From Delftia acidovorans NBRC 14950 (GTDB lineage: Bacteria > Pseudomonadota > Gammaproteobacteria > Burkholderiales > Burkholderiaceae_C), in the NCBI RefSeq assembly GCF_001598795.1, contig NZ_BCZP01000008.1, forward strand, positions 270,001 to 302,000: a stretch of DNA of 32,000 nucleotides, in the 5' to 3' direction. Each line of letters begins with the position of its first letter. Within the stretch, counting starts at the first letter, position 1. The notes under the pieces are model-generated. The model saw nothing but the letters and a program-made list of their open reading frames with translations, ran no database searches and had not been told where the DNA came from. The position numbers and the translations under genes are program-made. This document shows positions 26,650-32,000 of the stretch, piece after piece.

Positions 26650-29184
26650 CTAGAAGCGCGCGCGCAGCGACACCGTGACGTTGCGCGGATCGCCGTAGTA
26701 GTTGTTGAAGTAGGTGCTGTTGGGCGAGAACTTGGCGTAGTAGCGCTTGTCCAGCAGGTTGCTCACGTTCAGCTGCAGCGAGTAGGTGTCGTCCAGGCGG
26801 TAGGCCAGCAGCGCGTCAAAAAGCGCATAGCCACCCTGGCGGGTGGTGACATCGCCCACGCTGGCGTAGGCATCGCTTTGCAGCCGCACGCCGGCGCCTG
26901 CGGTCCATCCCTGCAAGGGCCCCTTGAAGCGGTGGCTGGCAAACAGGCGCAGCGCATGGCGCGGGTCCACGGGCCGCAGCGGCTGGCCCACGTTGGCCTC
27001 GGAGGCGTCGCGCAGGTACCTGGCCTGGGTGTAGGTGTAGCCGGCCAGCACCTGCCAGCCTGGCGCGGGCTCGCCGGACAGCTCCAGCTCCCAGCCCTGG
27101 CTGCGGCTCTTGCCGCCGGCCATGAAGCAGTGGCTGGTCGGGTAGTACGGCAGGCAGGGCATGGCCGATGCCGTGTCCTGCATGGCGCTGCCCACGCGCT
27201 GGATGCGGAACAACGACACGCTGCCCTGCAGCCGGCCGTCCATGAAACTGCCCTTGAGCCCGGCCTCCAGGTCCTCGCCCCGGGCGGGCGCCAGGATGCT
27301 GCCGTCGGCGGCCTTCTTGTCCTGGGGGCTGAAGATCTCGCTGTAGCTGGCATAGGCGTCGAGCGTGTCCGACAGCGCATGCACCAGGCCCGCATATGGC
27401 GTCAGCTCGCGGCGCACGCTGTAGCCGCTTTGGGCATTGCCGGGTTCGAGATAGCTCCACCAGCTCAGGCGCGCACCGGCAATGGCGGTGAGCGAGTCGG
27501 TCAGCGACAGCCGGGCCCGCGCGAATCCGCCGTACTGGTGGATGTGGGACACGGGCGATGAATAGGCGTTGCCGTTGCCCTCGCTGTAGAACGGCTCGGG
27601 GTAGCTGGTGTACGGATTCCAGCCGCGGATGTCCACATTGCGCAGCGGGCTCACGCCCCAGTAGCCCGTGGCCCCCGTGCTGCGGATGCGCTGCAGGTCG
27701 GCGCCCAGCGACAGCTCGTGCCTGCGGCCCAGGGCCTCGAAGGGGCCGCTGGCCAGCAGGCTCAGCGCGTTCTGCGTGCTGCCGTCGCCGCCATAGATGG
27801 AGGTGCTCACGTCGAACAGGTAGGGATTGCTGTCGCTGGCCCTGGAAAACGAAGTCTGCTTGAACCCGTCCGACCGAAAGCGCGTGTGCGCCGCCTGGGC
27901 CTTCAGTTGCCAGCCGCTGTCCAGCCGGTGCTCCAGCTCGGCAAAGGCCTGCTGGTTGTGGCGGTCCCAGGTATTCCAGGGCGTGCCCAGGTAGGTGCTG
28001 CGCGGCAGGCCGAGCTGGCTGCCGTCGGCAGCGGCGGGCAGGCCGCCCCAGGAGCCCGTGGCCTGCAGGTCCGTGTGCTGCAGGCCGGCCGTGAGCGTGG
28101 TGCGCGGCCCCAGGTCCGCCTCCAGCACGCCGTACAGGCCCAGGCGCTTTTCCTTGCGCGCGGTCTGGAACGATGCCTTGTCGTCTGCCAGCGCCACCAG
28201 CCGGCCGCGCAGCGTGCCGGCTGCGTTCAGAGGGCCGGACAGGTCTGCCTCCATGCGCTGGCGGTCCCAGGAACCCAGCGTCAGCGCGGCCGAGCCCTGC
28301 CATTGCGCCGTGGGCCGCTTGCGCACCATGTTCACCATGGCCGAGGGCGAGCCCGCGCCCCGCAGCAGGCCCGTGGCGCCGCGCAGCACCTCCACGCGGT
28401 CCAGCATGGCCATGTCGGGCTGGATGAAGGTGGAGGCCGAGGCCACCTGGTTCACATTGAGCCCGTCCACCTGCAGCGAATCGATCTGGTAGCCGCGCGA
28501 GTAATAGGCGATGCGCTCGCTGTCGATGTACTCCACCGTCACGCCCGGCGTGTGCTGCAGCACGGCATGCAGGTCGGGCAGGGCCTGCTCGTCCAGCCAC
28601 TGGCGCGTGAGCACGGTCACGGGCTGCGGGATGTCGCGCACCGACTGAAGCCCCTTGTAGCCCGTGACCAGGCTGGCCGCGTAGCTGTCCGATGCCTCGG
28701 TCGTGGCACTGGCCGGCGCCGTGGCCCGGACCGTGACCGTGTCCAGCGTCTGCCCGCTCGTGCCCGAGGCCGCCGCTGGCAGCGGCCGCAGCGTATAGAC
28801 GCCGCTGGACTCGCGCACGGCCTGCAGCGCCGTGCCCTGCAGCAGCCTGGCAAAACCGTCTTCCACGCCATAGCTGCCCTGCAGCCCCGCGGACTGCAAC
28901 CGGCCCAGCTGCGCGGCATCAAACGACAGCGCAACGCCAGCCTGGTTGGCGTACTGCGCGATCACATGCGTGAGCGGGCCGGCCGCAATCGAAAAGCTGC
29001 GCTGGCCGGCTTGGGCGGCCTGGGCGGCCTGGGCGGACGGCGCTGCATGGACGCAGTCCGCTGCCGTGGCAACCAGCATCGCCACCCCCAGCACCGCTGC
29101 CACCCCAGCCATCCCCATGGACGCAGGCCAGCCCCGTGCGGCTGCAAGGCCGTCCTGGGGCTGGTGGGGGAGGGTGCGGGGCAT
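26650..29184 (-). CDS. TonB-dependent siderophore receptor with N-terminal STN signalling domain (transducer type)
   Basis: 844 aa. STN-like FSIAAGPLTHVIAQYANQAGVALSFDAAQLGRLQSAGLQGSYGVEDGFARLLQGTALQA, TonB-box-like LDTVTVRA, plug (VEVLRGATGLLRGAG), barrel ending ...VTVSLRARF. An alternative start at 29118 (MGMAGVAAVLG...) is possible. Confidence 0.9.
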   Translation of the reverse strand: MPRTLPHQPQDGLAAARGWPASMGMAGVAAVLGVAMLVATAADCVHAAPSAQAAQAAQAGQRSFSIAAGPLTHVIAQYANQAGVALSFDAAQLGRLQSAGLQGSYGVEDGFARLLQGTALQAVRESSGVYTLRPLPAAASGTSGQTLDTVTVRATAPASATTEASDSYAASLVTGYKGLQSVRDIPQPVTVLTRQWLDEQALPDLHAVLQHTPGVTVEYIDSERIAYYSRGYQIDSLQVDGLNVNQVASASTFIQPDMAMLDRVEVLRGATGLLRGAGSPSAMVNMVRKRPTAQWQGSAALTLGSWDRQRMEADLSGPLNAAGTLRGRLVALADDKASFQTARKEKRLGLYGVLEADLGPRTTLTAGLQHTDLQATGSWGGLPAAADGSQLGLPRSTYLGTPWNTWDRHNQQAFAELEHRLDSGWQLKAQAAHTRFRSDGFKQTSFSRASDSNPYLFDVSTSIYGGDGSTQNALSLLASGPFEALGRRHELSLGADLQRIRSTGATGYWGVSPLRNVDIRGWNPYTSYPEPFYSEGNGNAYSSPVSHIHQYGGFARARLSLTDSLTAIAGARLSWWSYLEPGNAQSGYSVRRELTPYAGLVHALSDTLDAYASYSEIFSPQDKKAADGSILAPARGEDLEAGLKGSFMDGRLQGSVSLFRIQRVGSAMQDTASAMPCLPYYPTSHCFMAGGKSRSQGWELELSGEPAPGWQVLAGYTYTQARYLRDASEANVGQPLRPVDPRHALRLFASHRFKGPLQGWTAGAGVRLQSDAYASVGDVTTRQGGYALFDALLAYRLDDTYSLQLNVSNLLDKRYYAKFSPNSTYFNNYYGDPRNVTVSLRARF

Positions 29185-29206
29185 GGGGCTGGGAAAAGTG
29201 GTGTGA

Positions 29207-29262
29207 CTCCCCGTATGCCGAACAAGCCCGGCCGATCCTGCAAGTTCGGCTGGATTTTTTTT
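29207..29262 (-). promoter_or_regulatory. Candidate ECF-sigma-dependent promoter block of receptor 3 (shared with 15751-15808)
   Basis: Minus strand reads A8-N14-CAGGAT-N14-CGGCATACGGGGAG, ending 22 nt before the ATG at 29184. Spacings are identical to the receptor 1 block. Confidence 0.45.
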
Positions 29263-29353
29263 GCGCCGTCGCTGAGATTTTCTCCGTTACTTTCCGTTGA
29301 TCACCAGGTGGATTAAGGCTGGATTGCTATGGTTTTATTTTTCAATCAATGCC

Positions 29354-30550
29354 TCAGGACACCACCACCGGCCTGGGCTGGCGCGTCCCCGCCAGCGCCA
29401 GGCCCGCGAACAGCATCAGCATCAGGCCGTAGGCATAGGTGACCGGCAACAGGCCGAAGCGCGCGGCGGCCATGCCCGCCGCGATGGCCGGCACGCTGAA
29501 CGCCAGGTAGCTGGCGATGTAGATGGCCGAGATCAGGGCGCCGCGCTCGTGCGGCTCGGCCAGCGGGATCACGCTGCGCAGCGCGCCCTGGAAGCCCACG
29601 CCGAAGCCCGCGCCCGCCACCACCGAGGCCCCCAGCACCAGGGGCAGGCTTTGCAGATGGGCGCCGACCAGCAGCAGGGCCACCCCGGCCAGCAGGCCGC
29701 TGCCGCCGAACTGCAGCATGGCGCGCGGCGCGCGGCTGCGCAGGGTCCAGATGGCGGCGGCGGCGCTCAGCGTGTTGATGCACACGGCAAAGCTGGCGGC
29801 GATCTCCGAGCCCGTGACCGAGCGGATCATCGAAGGGCCCAGCGACAGGTAAAAGCCCCCCAGCGCCCACACCGTGATGCTCATGGGCAGCACGCGCATG
29901 AAGTCGGCCCGGGCCTGGCCCGGAATCCGCACGCGCGGGCGCATGGCGGCCAGTGCGCCGGGACGGCGCGCGCCCGTCTCGGGCATCACGGCCATGGCGG
30001 CGGCCACGGCCACGAAGATCAGCGCCATGAGCCAGAACACCAGGCCCAGCTGCTGGCGCCACAGCTGCGCGAACTCGCCCGCCACGACAATGCCCGCCGC
30101 CATGCCGACCATGGGCGCCATGGTGCTCACCAGCGTGCCGCGCTCGCGGTGCAGGTCCAGCAGCGCCGCGCCCATGGCCGCACTGGCCATGCCGGTGGCA
30201 AAGCCCTGCAGCACGCGCGCCAGCACCAGGGCCTGCACGTCGCCCGCGCGGGCGAACACCGCCAGCGAGACGATCTCCAGCACCAGCGCCGCCAGGATCA
30301 CGGGCTTGCGGCCCAGGTGGTCCGACAGCGCGCCCGTGGTGAGCAGGGCCAGCAGCAGGCTCAGCGCATAGACCGCGAAGACCAGGGTCAGCATGCCGGA
30401 GGAAAAGCCCCAGTCCTGCTGGTAGAGCCGGTACAGCGGCGTTGGCGCGCTGGAGGCCGCGAAGAAGCTGCCCAGGCCGAAGGCCAGGACGGCCAGGCTG
30501 CGGCCGGGCCGGGCAGCGGGAGTGGAGTTGGATGGTTGCAGTACCGACAT
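29354..30550 (-). CDS. MFS transporter (12-TM, efflux-type), divergent from TetR
   Basis: 398 aa from the ATG at 30550. GALSDHLGRKPVIL MFS motif, 12 hydrophobic segments. The listed ORF start at 30664 would overlap the TetR gene start and is rejected. Confidence 0.85.
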   Translation of the reverse strand: MSVLQPSNSTPAARPGRSLAVLAFGLGSFFAASSAPTPLYRLYQQDWGFSSGMLTLVFAVYALSLLLALLTTGALSDHLGRKPVILAALVLEIVSLAVFARAGDVQALVLARVLQGFATGMASAAMGAALLDLHRERGTLVSTMAPMVGMAAGIVVAGEFAQLWRQQLGLVFWLMALIFVAVAAAMAVMPETGARRPGALAAMRPRVRIPGQARADFMRVLPMSITVWALGGFYLSLGPSMIRSVTGSEIAASFAVCINTLSAAAAIWTLRSRAPRAMLQFGGSGLLAGVALLLVGAHLQSLPLVLGASVVAGAGFGVGFQGALRSVIPLAEPHERGALISAIYIASYLAFSVPAIAAGMAAARFGLLPVTYAYGLMLMLFAGLALAGTRQPRPVVVS

Positions 30551-30585
30551 GGTTAAGAGCCCTGCTGCACAATTAATGCAAAGTT

Positions 30586-30627
30586 TTTGCGTTAGCGAAT
30601 TCTGCGCTTGTACGCTGCTAACGCAAA
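30586..30627. promoter_or_regulatory. Candidate TetR operator: 11-bp perfect inverted repeat
   Basis: TTTGCGTTAGC (30586-30596) - N20 - GCTAACGCAAA (30617-30627), in the 95-bp AT-enriched MFS/TetR divergent region. An ATTAAT palindrome lies nearby at about 30572-30577. Confidence 0.45.
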
Positions 30628-30645
30628 TTTTTAGCTTTAATAACC

Positions 30646-31233
30646 ATGAGCACGCAAGTCCCATCCCTTTCCAAAACAGGCGGTCCCGCCCGTCCCGGCG
30701 GACGCAGCGCGCGCATCCAGGCCACGGTCTACCAGACCGTCAAGGGCCTGCTGGAAACCATGCCGCGCGAGGAATTGAGCTTTCCGCTCATCGCCGCCCA
30801 GGCGGGCGTGACGCCGTCCACCCTCTACCGGCGCTGGGGCGACATACAGCAGCTGCTGGCCGATGTGGCCGTGGAAATCATCCGGCCCACGGCGCCGCCG
30901 CTGGACACGGGCACGCTGGAGGGCGACCTGCTGGCCTGGGCCGAGCAGTTCCTGGAGGAATCGGCCTCGCCGCTGGGACGCACCATGCTGCGCGACATGG
31001 CCGCTGCAGCGGGCAACGAGCACACGCCCTGCGCCTGCGTGGAAATCCTGCGCGGGCAACTGGCGCAGATCGGCGAGCGCGCAGCGCGGCGTGGCGAGGC
31101 GATGCCCGCTGCGGACACCCTGATCGACGCGCTGGCCGCGCCCATCGTCTACCGCGTGCTGTTCGACCTGCCGCCGTCCCTGGAACGCGTGCAGGCACGG
31201 GTGCGCGGCCTGCTGCAGGCTGAAACGGCCTAG
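30646..31233 (+). CDS. TetR/AcrR-family transcriptional regulator
   Basis: 195 aa. N-terminal HTH SARIQATVYQTVKGLLETMPREELSFPLIAAQAGVTPSTLYRRWGD and a helical C-terminal ligand domain. Confidence 0.9.
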   Translation: MSTQVPSLSKTGGPARPGGRSARIQATVYQTVKGLLETMPREELSFPLIAAQAGVTPSTLYRRWGDIQQLLADVAVEIIRPTAPPLDTGTLEGDLLAWAEQFLEESASPLGRTMLRDMAAAAGNEHTPCACVEILRGQLAQIGERAARRGEAMPAADTLIDALAAPIVYRVLFDLPPSLERVQARVRGLLQAETA

Positions 31234-32000
31234 CTCTTCAGCGCCCGCGCCAGCACCTCGAAGATCCGCGCATCCGAGCACTGCGCCACATTGAAGCGCA
31301 GGAAGTCGCCCACGCTCTGCGACTGGCTGAAGGCATTGCCGGGCGCCAGCACCACGCCATCCTCCAGGCAGGTGCGTGCAAGCGCCGTGGCATCCATGCC
31401 CCCGGGCAACTGGCACCACAGGAACATGCCGGCCTGCGGCACCAGCCAGGGCTTCATGCCCAGGGCCTGCAGCCGCGCGGCCGTGCGTTCCATCTCCTGC
31501 GCCAGCCGCAGCCGCACGGACTCCATGTGCCTGCGGTAGCCGCTGTCGGTCAGCGTGCGCAGCACGATGTCGGCGGCCATGCGCCCGCCGCCGAAGTTGG
31601 TGGCGATCTTCAGGTCCGCCAGGTCCTGCGTCCAGTCGGGCCGCGCCGCGATGAAGCCGCAGCGCAGCGAGGCCGACACCGTCTTGGAGAAGCTGCCGAT
31701 CTGGATCACGCGCGACAGGCCGTCGAAGGCCGCCAGCCGGGGCGCCGCATGGGTCTCCAGGTCGCAGAAGATGTCGTCCTCCACGATCACCAGGTCCGAG
31801 CTGTCGGCCAGCTTCAGGATGCGGTGCGCCACCAGTGGCGACAGCGTGGCGCCCGTCGGGTTGTGGATGGCCGAATTGGTGATGTACAGGCGTGGCGAGT
31901 GGGCCTGCAGCGCGTCGGCGAACCGGGCCACGTCGGGCCCCTGCGGCGTGTAGGGCACGCTCACGGCCTGCACGCGGTGCGCCTTGAGCAGCGCATGGAA
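31230..32000 (-). CDS. PLP-dependent aminotransferase domain protein (MocR/GntR-fusion type likely), 5' end beyond window
   Basis: The frame is open to nt 32000 (FHALLKAHRVQAVSV...). Fold-type I motifs YITNSAIHNPTG, VIVEDDIFCDL, and SFSKTV (PLP Lys). The listed M at 31973 is an internal GTG. Confidence 0.8.
   Translation of the reverse strand, partial: FHALLKAHRVQAVSVPYTPQGPDVARFADALQAHSPRLYITNSAIHNPTGATLSPLVAHRILKLADSSDLVIVEDDIFCDLETHAAPRLAAFDGLSRVIQIGSFSKTVSASLRCGFIAARPDWTQDLADLKIATNFGGGRMAADIVLRTLTDSGYRRHMESVRLRLAQEMERTAARLQALGMKPWLVPQAGMFLWCQLPGGMDATALARTCLEDGVVLAPGNAFSQSQSVGDFLRFNVAQCSDARIFEVLARALKS

Noticed and set aside
24360-26678. 772-aa plus-strand ORF; likewise 13974-15950 (658 aa) and 27718-29316 (532 aa)
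   Set aside because: All three are antisense to TonB-dependent receptor genes that have signal peptides, plug motifs and terminal aromatic residues. The antisense translations have no domain features.
29217-29262. Hairpin GCCGAAC-N20-GTTCGGC followed by T8, which looks like a plus-strand intrinsic terminator or small-RNA 3' end
   Set aside because: No plus-strand gene precedes it and the 20-nt loop is too large for a good terminator. The T8 is the complement of the A8 tract that aligns with the receptor 1 promoter block, and the hairpin itself is not conserved there.

Overview
High-GC (roughly two-thirds G+C by eye) chromosomal segment, probably from a betaproteobacterium of the Burkholderiales/Comamonadaceae type. 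That guess rests only on composition and on a Bug/TctC-family binding protein. All family calls come from reading the translated ORFs, with no database search. The window is densely coding and I call 27 CDS. In order: a truncated MFS transporter; a low-GC islet with an orphan secreted Cys-containing protein; MarR; an NAD-dependent formate dehydrogenase operon (fused FdsG-FdsB, FdsA with a Cys active site, FdsD, no fdsC); LysR divergent from an EamA/DMT exporter; a 4-TM membrane protein; catB-catC followed by a Bug-family binding protein. An iron block follows: FecI-like ECF sigma, FecR-like anti-sigma and an STN-type TonB receptor. Next comes a two-component cluster (single REC, membrane-anchored SBP_bac_3, Cache-PAS-PAS histidine kinase, divergent from HTH-REC and REC-Hpt). 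A second iron block has an STN-type TonB receptor, a plain TonB siderophore receptor, a PepSY-TM protein and a 65-aa membrane protein. The window ends with an MFS/TetR divergent pair and a truncated MocR-type aminotransferase. I found no rRNA, tRNA, CRISPR array, IS element, prophage or recognisable defence genes. The many long ORFs antisense to real genes are high-GC artefacts. I cannot show a wholly new system here. The two best leads are a promoter-like block shared by the two STN receptors 13.5 kb apart, which suggests one ECF sigma controls both iron blocks, and a gene set that looks like a BvgS/RocS1-type unorthodox kinase split into separate polypeptides around a very AT-rich repeat-bearing control region.
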